Shown: piece by piece, positions 49,504 through 63,060 of the stretch | Layout of the letters: each line of letters begins with the position of its first letter | Numbering within the stretch: the first letter of the stretch is position 1 | Notes under the pieces: model-generated | Told to the model about the DNA's origin: nothing | The model's database searches: none | The model's input: only the letters and a program-made list of their open reading frames with translations | NCBI RefSeq assembly: GCF_902713615.1 | Contig: NW_024056012.1 | Coordinates: 62,001 to 126,000 of the forward strand | From: Scyliorhinus canicula | Lineage: Eukaryota | DNA length: 64,000 bases | Direction: 5' to 3' | Translations under genes and position numbers: made by a program

Positions 49504-51142
49504 GGTGCCTGGTTTAAAGTTGGAAATAAATAAAATCATGTTTGAAATAAGTTGCAGTTCTAGTCTGATATTAAAGAGTAATCTCCAATCAGCTGCAGAT
49601 TTCACGCAATGTGATTCTGATGGGCGTTTCCCAAGGTCAGGATTGGCTAGTCCCTCAGTTCTCGTGAGAGTCGGGCACCAATCGTTCTTGCTCCTGGGCT
49701 AATGAACTCCTTCAGCATTTTAGCTGCCCTGGTGTCTCTCAGCTTTCTCTTCGTGTCTGTCTCTCTCTGATGTTCGGCTTCTCTGTCGGTATCTCGCCTC
49801 TCTTTCTCTCTCTCTCTGTCAGACACTTCCACTGTCTCGTTTTCGTTCCTTCACGTGGCATTCAAGTTCAGAGGGTAGAAAATCAAATTCATCTCAAATT
49901 CCCGTTTCAACCAATTCACGAACCACGGTACAGTGAAGGGACCCGTTGCCGTGATATGGAGACAATAAGGTCGGAGAAACGAAGAGAGACAAACGAACAG
50001 ATAGCAACAAAAACAGAGAGAGAAACAAAGGAACATAGTGAGAAAAAAGCATGAAGTGGATGCAGGAATTCAAAATGGGAAGAAAAATCAGACATAAATA
50101 ATAATCTATTTAAATATTCAATAATTGAGAAAATGATATAATCCATTGAATATAACACAACACATCAAAATGAGTTACTTCACTGCGATTTAAACATAAT
50201 TTAAAATTAATTCCTGTGTATATTAACCTGCATTAATAATAGTAATAAAAAGGAACCGGTAACCGCTCCCGCCACAGTCAACAGACAAATAGGATACTGG
50301 AGCTCTTTGGTGGGAGGAACTTTAAATTACACAAGATGATAACTACAGTTCAGACGCCAGAATAAAATGGAGGCAGCAAACTTCGAAGGTCTGTTAAATG
50401 CATGTATGTTCAATTACATGTTTCGGATACTAAACTAATAGCGCATATCCCCGTTCTGTGCATATGCCACGAACAACACAGAGACCATTTCCCTGAGTGC
50501 CACAGTAGAATCTTAATAAACCTCGACTCCCTTCACTACCCCCCCTGCCCACCCCCCTCTCCTTATACCCTTCCGGGCAGCCAGTTCAGTTTCATTAGTG
50601 ACAGAGACTAAAATCAATAGAACATCTTCATCTGCATCCAGCACTTTTTATTCTTCCAGGGAACAGTTTTCAGGACAATTATTGATTAAACAGTCGCTGA
50701 GGTCAATTAGAGATCAAATTTACCGTTCTGATTTTTACCGTTCTGTTAGTGATCAGCGAAATGTACGGTTAGATTTTCAGCCTCTGCAATAAACACAAAC
50801 TTGTGATTTACAGAAATAATATCAGGCCAATCAGACACAGCTCTCGAGGCGATGTTCCTGTCACGTGTTCCGCAGGAAGTGACATCAGTCAAGCTTTGAC
50901 ACAGAGTCATCGGACTCGAAACGTTAGCTCTTTTCTCTCCAGACAGATGCTGCCAGACTTGCTGAGATTTTCCAGCATTTTCCCTTTCGTTACTGGCACA
51001 TCAATGATGTTTTGACGTCCTTTCCTCCACCTCCCCCCCCCCTCCTCCGCCGCCGCCCCCCACTCCGCACTTGTATAATAACAAACATATTTTCTCCTTG
51101 GATTTGCGAAGTGATTTACAACTGACGCACCGGTATGATAGT

Positions 51143-51722
51143 CACAGAGACCGGCTCCAGTATGTCAATAACAGAGACTGCCGGGCCCGGGGTCAGACTG
51201 GGGTCTGGTATAATAATAATCACAGAGACCGGCTCCAGTGTATCAATAACAGAGACTGCCGGGCCCGGGGTCAGACTGGGGTCTGGGATAATAATAATCA
51301 CAGAGACCGGCTCCAGTGTATCAACAACATAGACTGCCGGGCCCGGGGTCAAACTGGGGTCTGGTATAATAATAATCACAGAGACCGGCTCCAGTGTATC
51401 AATAACAGAGACTGCCGGGCCCGGGGTCAGACTGGGGTCTGGGATAATAATAATCACAGAGACCGGCTCCAGTGTATCAACAACATAGACTGCCGGGCCC
51501 GGGGTCAGACTGGGGTCTGGTATAATAATAATCACAGAGACCGGCTCCAGTGTATCAATAGCACAGTCTGCCGGGCCCGGGGTCAGACTGGGGTCTGGTA
51601 TAATAATCACAGAGACTAGCTCCAGTGTATCAATAACAGAGACTGCCGGGCCCGGGGTCAGACTGGGGTCAGGTATAATAATAATCAAAGTGACCGGCTC
51701 CAGTGTATCAATAACAGAGACT
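51143..51722. repeat. 78-bp minisatellite, ~7.4 copies
   Basis: Unit starts at 51143, 51221, 51299, 51377, 51455, 51533, 51608 and 51686. Confidence 0.95.
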
Positions 51723-52069
51723 GGTGATAATCTTCGATTAAGGGAGGCAGTGGGTCTCATGAACAGTTGATTTTAAGAGGAAGTGAAACTATCAGAAAGC
51801 AAGGATTCTTAGGGCCCTAGCCCAGGCTTCATTATCATACTGAGTGACAGTGGTGTGTGTGGGAAAAGCGGATTGGAAACTTCATTGAGTGAGGTGCATG
51901 TGATTGACTCCACCTAGGATCGTTTATACCCAATGGGAGGACAATTATGGCAGACTCTATAATGGCGCCTCTGTCGGGGGAAACAAAAACATCTGTTTCT
52001 TCTCATTCTTACCAACAGTTCTCCATTTACACAGACACGCAAGTGCCCGTTCCGGCAGCTTATGAACCC

Positions 52070-52282
52070 AATATTTCTTTTGTAAATTTAGAGTATCCAT
52101 TTATTTATATTTAGCACGGCCAATCCACCTAACCTTCACAGATTTGGGTTGTGGGGGTGTAACCCACACAGTCACGGGAAGAAGGTGCAAACTCCACACG
52201 GACAGTGACCCAGGGCCGGGATCGAACTCGGGTCTTCAGAGGCGTAGGTAGTAGTGCTAACCACTGCACCACCGCACCGTCC
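52070..52282 (-). mobile_element. Shark SINE (A-rich-tail subfamily)
   Basis: Reverse-strand homologue of 3791-4016. Confidence 0.85.
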
Positions 52283-55200
52283 CAGTTTGTGGGCACTTAT
52301 GTTTAAATCATCAGATTGGGGCACAAAAACTAAAAGCCAAAGTCTCATCACAGGAAGAATTAGTGCCAAAAATGTTAACGATAATTGTTCCTTTTCGAAA
52401 CAAGTGCTATTCGAAAATGAAAACTGAAAATCACTTATTGTCACGAGGAGGCTTCAATGAAGTTACTGTGGAAAGCCCCTAGTCGCCACATTCCGGCGCC
52501 TGCCCGGGGATTGTACCGTGCTGCTGGTCTGCTTGGTAAGCCAGCGATTTAGCCCAGTGAGCTAAACCACCCCCTATCCACTGTTACTTTGTCCAAAGTA
52601 GTGGATTGTAAACAGCAACGAACCTCTGAATGTTTTGTGGCAAATATCTACACACACCCAGGTTCTGCCTAAAGACAGGATCAGCACAAGAGCAAAGCTG
52701 TGTAATGATTGCATTTTATTCGGCCTCAATGAAGGACAGAGGGAGATACAGAAAAGGTGCTGGGACAATGATTAGAGATGAACCATCTAACTTTTCCCTT
52801 CCCTCTCATCCTTCAGATCTTAATACTTTCAAATATTTATCCATCATTTTCCAAAGTTACTGTTAACTCTGATTCCATCATAATTTCCCGATGTGTGTTC
52901 CAGTTTATAACAACTAACTGTGTAAAAACGATCCTCCTGTTCAATACGGTACATCTGTGTCCTCTGGTTACAGAGACCCCTGCCTGTTGTAATAGTCTCT
53001 CTTTAATTACTAGATTTAAACCTTGATGGTTTTGTTTTGGCAGTTTAATTAAATAGACACACATAAAGATGGAGAAAGATACAGAGAGAGGAAGTGAAAC
53101 TGAGCGAAGAAATTAGAAAGAGAGACAAAACTGAGAAACAGTAAAAACAAATTACACCCAGAGAGGGAGAATGATAAAATAGTGAAATGGAACAAGATAT
53201 CATTTCCTGGCTTCAGAGAACCGGGAAAACTCAGTGGCTGATCCACTGACCATCCAGTTATGTCCTGGAATGGAAGCTTTGAACAGATCACAACAGGTTC
53301 ATTTGTAAATGTCACCGCAATGTGATCTGTGTGAGTCTGCACTGACTCTGTGGGCAGCGATAAGCCGCATTAACAGATGTTCTCACCAGATTGTGGTCCC
53401 TGGATTTAGTTTCTGCCCAGAAGTGAGATGTGCGGTTTGGAACCGGCAACAGAGAAACAGGAAGTTGTGTTTCCTGAGAATGAAACAGCAGGCGTCAGTT
53501 TCATGTTATCACCGTGAACAGGCTTCCTGCCTGTGAGGGTGAGCTCACTCTGACAGCATCAAAAACACCCACACAGATTGCTGTCGGTCTCAGCATTACA
53601 TTCACCTCACTTCCCATTCCCTTGAAAAAGTTAGATTATTTGTTTGGAAACACAGTAACCGATCGGGAGATGCACAGATGATCTTCACTGGTCATAATAC
53701 TAATAATAATCTGGAGAGATGAAGGAAAATTAAAACAACAATCTGTTAACAGAGGTTATACTAATGTAGAAAGTTTGAAGTCACTTGGTGTCTGAGAACG
53801 AGAGGGGGGGGGGGGGGGAGAGGGGTGGGGGGGGAGCGGTTAAGTGAATGAGCTGGTGCCTTTCTGGCACAGAATTTTCCTCTGATGACGTTTTGATGCT
53901 TAATTGTTGTCAGAAGTGCCTTCAGAAAAAAAGATTTAAACACGAGGTGCCATTTAAACACTAGATGCCAGACTCAGCCAGCGTGTGCCTGTGTGAGTGA
54001 GTTAAGTCTGAGCGAGAGAAGCGGGATCAACTGATTTAGGTGGAGCCTGAGACAGAGAAAGCGAGCTGAACCGATATGTAAGTCATGTGAAAGATATATT
54101 TGCCTTTTCAATGGAATGGACAGCTTGATATTACTGTCTAGATCACTCAGGACAATACATTACAAGTACATGTTGAGTGCAGCACAGGATGTGGAAGGTA
54201 ACCTCAATAAAATGTCGTCCTGCGCTGAAAAATAATTGCAATTATTGGCAACACCATTTTGCAAACAATGAATAATGATGTGTTCCAGACTAACCGGCCC
54301 ATATAGACATCCAGGCGCGTACATAGACACACATATCCACATACAGACACACACACACACACACATGCATACACATAGGGGCTGGTTTAGCTCACTTAGC
54401 TAAATCGCTGGCTTTTAAAGCAGGCCAGGAACACGTTCGATTCACGTACCAGCCTCCCTGGACAGGCGCCGGAATGTGGCGACTAGGGGATTTTCACAGT
54501 AACTTCATTGAAGCCTACTCGTGACAATAAGCCATTTTCATTTTTCATTTCATTCCATACACACACAGTTTCAGACTCTGTCTCTCACAATCAGTGGCCA
54601 TACCAAAAGCAAAGAGAAATTCAATCAGCAAAAAGGTGAAAGACAATTCGGACCATGAAAGTGAACAGTGGGTAAATGCCACAGATGAACACAAGTCTGA
54701 ATTAGTCATATCTAACACAATGGAGTTTGTGACTGTGTTGTGCAACGTGACGTTCAATATGGCCCCTGTGTTTCTGTTCCTCCGCCTGGTGATGAAGTGA
54801 ATGGCACAAGATTTTCTCCAACCTTCCGGCAAAATATTACACACCCATTACCACACCAATCACACAACACCAAATAGTTATTCATTGTGCTTTTGTAAGT
54901 GAATTAAGTCTGAGAGAGAATAGAGACATTAATTAATCTAGGTGTAGTCTGAAACAAAGATATGAAAACAGATCGTCAGGAGGTTTCAAGATGTATTTGC
55001 CTTTGCAACGAACTTCCATAACAGCTAATACTTATTGACTCGACAAAATGTATTCTTCCACGCACAAGGCAGTGGCGCAGTGGTATTATCGCTGGACTAG
55101 TAATCCAGAGACCCAGAGTCAAGCTCTGGGGACCCGGGCTCCCACCACGGCAGGTGGTGAAATTTCAATCAAAAATGATCTGGAAATAAAAGTATAATGA

Positions 55201-55425
55201 TGGCCATGAAACCAATGTTCAATGTAATCAAAACCCACCTGGTTCACTGATGTCCTTTCAAGGAAGGACATCTGTCGCACTCAACGCGTATGGTCTACAT
55301 ATGACTCCAGATGACTCCACAGCAATGTCGTTTAATCTTAAATGCTCTCAGGGATGGGTAAGAACTGCAGGATCAGCCAGAGACATCTACATCCCAGGAA
55401 CGAATAAAAAGTATTTAGTATATTG

Positions 55426-55784
55426 NNNNNNNNNNNNNNNNNNNNNNNNNNNNNNNNNNNNNNNNNNNNNNNNNNNNNNNNNNNNNNNNNNNNNNNNNNN
55501 NNNNNNNNNNNNNNNNNNNNNNNNNNNNNNNNNNNNNNNNNNNNNNNNNNNNNNNNNNNNNNNNNNNNNNNNNNNNNNNNNNNNNNNNNNNNNNNNNNNN
55601 NNNNNNNNNNNNNNNNNNNNNNNNNNNNNNNNNNNNNNNNNNNNNNNNNNNNNNNNNNNNNNNNNNNNNNNNNNNNNNNNNNNNNNNNNNNNNNNNNNNN
55701 NNNNNNNNNNNNNNNNNNNNNNNNNNNNNNNNNNNNNNNNNNNNNNNNNNNNNNNNNNNNNNNNNNNNNNNNNNNNNNNNNNNN
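55426..55784. other. Assembly gap (359 N)
   Basis: Run of N; ORFs spanning it are artefacts. Confidence 0.99.
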
Positions 55785-57128
55785 TTTATTTCTTTCATTC
55801 AGTTGCGCGATATGGCGCCACTGATTGGTCAGGAATTATGGTCCATTCCAAGTTGCCATTCAGAAGGTGGTGGTGAGCTGCCGCCTTGGATCGCTGCAGC
55901 CCCTGATGTGCAGTTACACCCATACAGTATTAGCGAGAGACATCCAGTATTTTCACCCAGCCACGGTGAAGGAACGGCGATATATTTCCAAGTCAAAGTG
56001 TTGAGTGACTTGGAGAGGAACCTCCAGGTGTTGGTGTTCCAAAGTATCTGCTGCTCTTGTCCGTGTTGATGGTTGTAGCCGTGGGTCTGGTGGGTGCTGA
56101 ATATGAAACCTTCATTAGTTCCAACAGTAAATCTTGTGGATGGCAACAATCAAGCGACTGATTTGTCCTGGATGGTGTAAAGCTTCTTGAGATTTGTTGA
56201 AACTGCACTCCAGACAAGTGGAGAGTATTCCATTACACTTCAGACTTTTGCCTCGCAGATGATGGACAGGCTTTGGACAATCGGGATGTGAGTTACTCGC
56301 CACAGGATCTCTACCCTTTGAATTGCTCTGGCAGTCACAGCATTCGTCTGGCTTGTCCAATTCAGTTTCCGGTCAATTACAGCCCCCAGGATTTCGATTG
56401 TGCGGTAATCAATGAAAATAAATCTGGCGCATTATTCTGTGGGGTAAGACTTCAGCCGTGAATGAAACAGAGTCTAAGAAAATAATATCAGAGAGTGGGC
56501 TTAACATAATATAAATGGAGACATGGTGCAGTTGAACAACTGCTCCGAAATGGCGAATTCTAACATGTAGAGCAGCATGGATTCATGCATCAATTAATTA
56601 ATCCGCACATAATGTAATATTAACAGATATAAGGTCTAATGCAATGATTAAAAAGAGTCAATTGCAGTAGAGAGCAGTGTTGCTCCGTGCATTTCTGAAT
56701 TAGACTGCAACTATTTGCTAAAGCAGTAAACACAGTCTCGTGCAGTCATAACTGAGAAAGGGTGTATTGTAGTATGTATCGAAACATAGTCCTACTTCTT
56801 TAAATGTTTAACTGTCGAAAGCATTCTCTACAAAGGTACAATGCTGAGGGAAAGATAACACTAAACATCGTCCTGTTCAATTATTCCAGAGACAAGACCC
56901 AGGGTAATAATACTTGTTATACGGTTAAGTACAGTGATAACTGAAGCAGGGATGAATGTAATACTACGAAACACAATGTGCAGTAAAACAAAAATTAATA
57001 CGTCGTCTAACTACAAGTAAAAACTCAACTAGAGTAAATTAGAGAGGCCACAGAAGTATGATCTAATGCATTAATAACTGGAATAATATTGAAAGATGCA
57101 TTAATAACTGGAATAATATCAAAAGCTA

Positions 57129-58298
57129 TCGCGCATCCTGAAGGCCGCCTTGGAGAACGCTTATCCGGAGATCAGAGGCTGAATGCCCTTGACTGCTGAA
57201 GCGTTCCCCGACTGGAAGGGAACATTCCTGCCTGGTGATTGACGCGCGATACCTGTTCATCCGTTGTCACAGCGTCTGCATGGTCTCGCCAATGTACCAC
57301 GCTTTGGGACATCCTTTCCTGCAGCGTATGAGGTAGACAACATTGGCCGAGTCGCACGAGTATGTGCCGCATACCTGGTGGGTGGTGTTACCACGTGTAT
57401 TCGTGGTCTCCATGTCGATGATCTGGCACGTCTTGCAGAGATTGCCATGGCAGGGTTGTGTGGTGTCGTGGTCGCTGTTCTGAAGACTGGATAGTTTGCT
57501 GCAAGCAATGGCTTGTTTGAGATTGCGCGGTTGTTTGAAGGCAAGTAGTGGGGGTGTTGGGATGACCTTGGCAAGATGTTCATCTTCATTGATGACGTGT
57601 TGAAGGCTGCGAAGAAGATGTTGTAGTTTCTCCGCTCTGGGAAAGTACTGGACGATGACGGTTGCGTCCCGTGTTTGCTGTGGCATGTTAGAACTGTCGA
57701 TCGATGAGTCAAGCGCCATATCCGGTTCGTACGAGGGCATCTTTCACCATCTGTAGATGTCTGTTACGCTCCTCCTCGTCTGAGTAAATCCTGTGTATCC
57801 GGAGGGCTTGTCCATAGGGGATGGCTTCTTTAATGTGTTTAGGGTGGAAGCTGGAGAAGTAGAGCATTGTGAGGTGACCTGCAACAACGCAGAATCGCCG
57901 AGCAGAAAATTATAGTCAAGTTCCTCACACATGTGTGTGGCCTCAACCGGGGCATGGGATGCATGTCACATTACATTCATCCCCCACCATCTGGCCTGGG
58001 TTTGCGAAATCCGACCAACTGTCCTGGCTTGAGACAATTCACACCTCTCTAACCTGGATTTACCCCAATCTCTGGATCTGTAAAAATTTAATTACCTACA
58101 AATGCTCGCATTCTAAACATTGTCTTGCATCTTTTGAATTTGTCAATATATATGTTTCTGGAACATACCTCTTCATTCACCTGAGGAAGGAGCAGTGCTC
58201 CGAAAGGTAGTGTTTGAAGGAACCTGTTGGACTTTAACCTGGTGTTGTAAGACTTCTTACTGTGCTCACCCCAGTCCAACACCGGCATCTCCACGTCA
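57129..58298. mobile_element. Penelope-like retroelement (GIY-YIG) with inverted 5' part (57129-57880 minus; 57881-58298 plus)
   Basis: ANVVYLIRCRKGCPKAWYIGET on minus; QRRIAEQKL..GLNR..MSHYIH plus the 3' UTR on plus. Confidence 0.85.
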
Positions 58299-59599
58299 CG
58301 ATTAATATTGGTATTGTCTCGCACAGTAATAACTAAAACAGAGAGAAGCGCATCATTTACAGGTACAGAAACTGGTATTAAACAAACAGAGCCAGCGGTG
58401 AACCGGAATTACTAAAACAGAGCCTTGATTAATACAAGTGGAGACAGTGCAGTGCCATGGAAACCGAGAATTTCCTCCCACAGTCCAAAGATGCGCAGGT
58501 TAGGTGGATTGGCCATTCTAAAAGATTTCCCCTGAGTGTGCAAATGTTAAGTGGGGTTATGGGGATAGGGTGGAGAATTGGTCCTCAGTGGGGTTTTGGA
58601 GGGCCGGTGCAGACTCGATAGGCCGACTGGCCTCCTTATGCACTGTGGGGATTCAATGATTCTATGAAAAGACCGGGATTTACAATAACTGGGGCACGGT
58701 TCTAATGCAGGGGTTACTGTTACTGAGTAAATATTCATAATAACGGAGACAGGGTGTGCAGCAATGATTCATGGAGGGGAGTCCAGAATCAGGGACACAG
58801 TCTGAGGATATAGATGAGGAGAAATTTATTGACGCAGAGTGGTGAGCCTGTGGAATTCTCTACCATACAAAACAGTTGAGGCCAAAACATTGTATATTTG
58901 CTGGAAGGAATTATATATAGTTATTGTGGATATAGGGATCAAAGGATATGGAGGGAAAGCGAGAATAGTTTACTGAGTTGGATGATCAGCCACGATCAGA
59001 ATGAATGGAAGAGCAAGGTCAAGGGGCCGAACGGCCTACTCATTCACCTATTGTCTCTGCTTCTATACTTCTGTGGTTCTATGTAATGCAACAAAGCCTA
59101 AATTATATGTAAACTGAAACAGGGTCTCGTACAGTAATTCCTGATACAGGGTCTACGTTAATATAAACGGAGACAAGGTCGAGTGCAGTGATTTCTGATG
59201 TGTGTGGGGGGGGGGGGGGGCTGTCTTCAGTAATGTAAATGTAGACAGGCTTCTAGAGCACTAATTGCTGATAGAGCGTCGAGATTAATATAAAGTGAGA
59301 CAGATTCTAGTGCCGTAATTATTGATGCAGGGTCACTCTAGATTAACGAAAACTGAGATAATATGTAATGCAGTGATTACTGATTCAGGGTATACATTCG
59401 TACAAAGCGAGGCAGGGTCGATTGCAGGGTCGGCCCAAGATTAATGTTTATCAATGTAGGGCCGAGTGTGGTGTTCACCGTTACGCGGTTGAGATTATAT
59501 ACATTAAGACATATGTCCTTTTTTTCCTGAGTCTTTGTGTGTGTGGACATTTTCACACCAAACTCCTGCACAAATAATTGCTTTGTTTTATACGCCAAC

Positions 59600-60060
59600 T
59601 AATTGGATGGAGTATGGGGAACTTTACTCTCCACATTCCCTGTGTTTTTCCTGCTCTGCAAGTATCTGATGGTCCGGCAAAGAGGAAGCTTTACTCTGTT
59701 CCTTACATGTGCGTTACCTGTCCTTCACATGGTAGATGGCGGATGTTGTGGAGGGGCTTTGATCTGTACTGTATCTGTCCTTTGAGTATTTGAGGGGAGA
59801 TTATTAAGGGAGGTTTACTCAGTAACTAAATGTTTACTGTTGGGGCCCTGGGAATATATAACGGGACAGGTTTTAGGAAGTTTTATTCTTTATCGAAAAC
59901 TGTGATGCATTTGGCCTGAGAGTGTTTGCTGGTTCAGTGTGCAGGAAGCTTTGCTCTGTATGCAACCCCGTTCTGTACCTGGCCTGCGAAAATTCGACGG
60001 AATAGTTTAGACAAGCAGAGCGTTACTGAAGCTGTCCTTGGAATTCTGATGGGACACGAG
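59600..60060 (+). repeat. Degenerate ~60-bp tandem repeat (gagctttactctgtat..aaccccgt.ctgtacctg.cctg.gagtgttt type)
   Basis: The motif recurs in decayed form several times. Confidence 0.5.
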
Positions 60061-60369
60061 GAATGGAAAGGTCTGGGACAAATATCTTAATGTCTGTGTC
60101 ATATATGAAAAGTGAGGAAAATTGATGCTCAGGCGAATAAAGGAGCAGAATGTGTACAACAGTGACTAAGGGACAGAATACAGTGTACCTGTTAACAATT
60201 GTTTCAGATTGGGTGGGGTACAGAGTGTTATTCTCCAGTGGGTCATATTAGCAGCACTGATTTTTCTGTTATATATTAATAGACAGGACTCGGGGCTCGG
60301 GTTCACAGGATATCAATTGAAAAGTTGCATTTGTCTCCCAAATTGACAATGTAGTAAACAGGGAAGAGG

Positions 60370-60840
60370 ATTACATACATAGATACATAGAAGTTAGGAT
60401 CAGGAGGAGGCCTTTTGGCCCTTCGAGCCTGCTCCACCATTTATCACGATCATGGCTGATCATCCAACTCAATGGCCTAATCCTGCTTTCTCCCCACAGC
60501 CTTTGATCCCATTCTCCCCAAGTGTTATATCTAGCCGCCTCTTGAACATTTTCAATGTTTTAGAATCAACTATTTCCTGTGCTAATAAATTCCACAGGCT
60601 CACCACTCTTTGGGTGAAGAAATGTCTCCTCATCTCTGTCCGAAATGAATCCTAAATACTCAGACTATGGCCCCTGGTTCTGGACACACCCATCATTGGG
60701 AACATCTCCCTACATCTACACTGTCTTATCCTGCTGGAATTTTATACGTCTCTATGTGATCCCCATTCATTCTTCTGAACTCCAGCGAGAACAATCCTTA
60801 CGTAGTCAATCTCTCCTCAGATGACAATACCGCCGTCCCT
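60370..60840 (-). mobile_element. CR1 3' fragment
   Basis: Reverse-strand RT C-terminus and tail (acatagatacatagaag). Confidence 0.8.
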
Positions 60841-61199
60841 GGTGTTGTAACAAGGATGCGTCCAGCCTGGCTGCAACAGGTCACTGGCGTTTTCATGTAC
60901 ACAGGCAGATAGGTGGCAGATAAAATTCAATGCTGAGAAATTATGCATTAAAACGAAATATTGGGGGGAGGGCGGTCGGTTGTATGAAAAATTAGAAAAC
61001 CAAAGTTAAAAGAGAAGGTGAGAGCGCAGGTTAATGATCAGGACATTAACCGAGTAAAACGGGCCGAGGGCTTAGGGGAGGTTAGTTAAGTTTCCTTAAA
61101 ATGTGCTAGAGTAGGGAGTATGGATAGTGGCGTGTGGCGTGTATGCAACTTCAGGCACAGCAGAAAAAGGGACAACGATGAAAAGGGATGGTCAACGCA

Positions 61200-63060
61200 G
61201 AACTGAGGGTGTTGTACCTAAATGTGGGCAGTATACGGAACAAGGTAAATGAACTCATTGCACACATTGAAATTGGCATGCATGGACAAAGGGGGCGGGG
61301 TTGCATTGCGAGTAAGGAATGAAATTAACTCCATAGCAAGAAGCAATTTAGTGTCCGAAAGTGTAGAATCCCTGAGGGCAGAGTTGACGAATCTCAAAGG
61401 AAAAAAGACCCCGATGAGAGGTACGTACAGGCCCCTGGCCGTAGTCAGAATGTGGGGCACAATATCAATCAGCAGATAGAAAATGCACATAATAGAGGAA
61501 ATATTACAATAATCATGGGGGACTTCAATATGGAGGAGGACAGGGAAAGTCAGTTTGGTAGCAGATCCCAAGAAACGGAATTTGTGCAATTCTGCATTTG
61601 GTGATATGGAATGAGGTAGACTTGAGTAGGGAATTTAAGATGAAGGAACACTCACGGGGCAGTGACCACAATATGATAGAATTCACCCTGCAGTTTGGGA
61701 GGTAGAAGCTGGAATCAAATGTAACGGTATTGCAATTGAATAAAGGTACCTACAAAGATAAAGGGAGGAGCTGGCCAGAGTTGTTTGGAAAGTGAGCCCA
61801 GCAGGGAAGACAGTTGAACAGCAGTAGCAGGACGTGTTGGGGATTATTCGCGAGGTACTACAATAATTAATCCCAAAGAGGAGGAACCATGCTAAGGGGA
61901 GGACAGGGCATCCATGGTTGACAGGGGAAGTGATGGACAGCATAAAAGCAAAGGAATAAGCAAACAATGTGGCGAAGATTAATGGGATGCCAGAGGATAC
62001 GGAAGCCTTTAAAAGCTGATGTAATGTAAAAGCTGATAAAGATTTTTATTATTATTTTTGAACTGAGGGCATTAATGCTACGTTTACAGATGATGCTCAG
62101 ATACGTAGAGGAATAGGTTGTGCTGAGGAAGCAGAGAGGCTGCAGAAAGACCTGGTCAGGCTAAGAGAGTGTGCAAAGAAGTAGCAGATGGAATACAATG
62201 TAGAAAAGAGTGAGATTCTGAACTTTGGAGGAAACAGAGAGTATTTTCTAATTGGGGTAAGGCTGAGGAAATCAGAAGCTCAAATGCACTTAGGAATTCT
62301 AGTTGACGATTCTCTTAAGGTTAACATGCAGGTTCAGTTGGCAGCTGGGAAGACAAATGCACTGTTAGCATCCATGTTGCGAGGGCTAGATTACAAGAGC
62401 AGAGATGTAACTGTTGAGGCTGTATAAGGCTCTGGTCAGACCCCATTTGGAATATTGTGAGCAGTTTTGGTCGCCTTATCTAAGAAACGATGTGCTGGCC
62501 TTGGAGGAGCTCCAGAGGAGATTCACAAGATTGATCCTCGGAATGACGGACTTGTCATATGAGGAGCGGTTGAGGACTCTGGGTCTGTACTTGATAGAAA
62601 TTAGAAGGATGAGGTGCTGTGAGGGGAGTGGGGCGCGGGGCGCGGGTGGGGGGTGGGGATGGGGTCACATTGAAACTTACAGAATAGCGAGAGCCCTAGT
62701 AGGTGAAACTAGAACCCGAGGGCACAGCCTCAGATTTAAGGGACGATCCTTCAAAACTGAGAAGAGGATAAATTTATTCAGCCAGGGGGTCTTGAATCTG
62801 TGGAACTCATTCCAGCAGAAGGCCGTGGAGGCCAAATCACTGAGGGTCTATAAGATAGAGGCAGACAGATTATTGATTAATAAGGGGACCAGGGATTATG
62901 GGGAGAAGGCGGGAGAATGAGGATTAGAAACATAACAGTAATGATTGAATGCGGAGCAGACTCGATGGACTGAAAGGCCGGGTTCTGCTCCTATGTTTTA
63001 TGATTTTATGGTAGGAAGACAATCTATGGACGATATTAGAATCGATAGGTGCTTGATTGT
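61200..63060 (+). mobile_element. Fragmented CR1 LINE(s): endonuclease and RT remnants
   Basis: GGGVALRVRNEIN, VRPHLEYCEQFWSPYLRNDVLALE; many lesions. Confidence 0.85.

Noticed and set aside
51143-51722. CRISPR-like array or repeat protein
   Set aside because: Contiguous tandem units without unique spacers, in a vertebrate context; the ORFs follow from the 78-bp period.
53420-53470. FGTG motif suggesting a J segment
   Set aside because: No nonamer-12-heptamer at the right spacing, no LxV motif and no GT donor after it.
55250-55876. Long ORFs of 127-208 aa
   Set aside because: Artefacts of the N gap.
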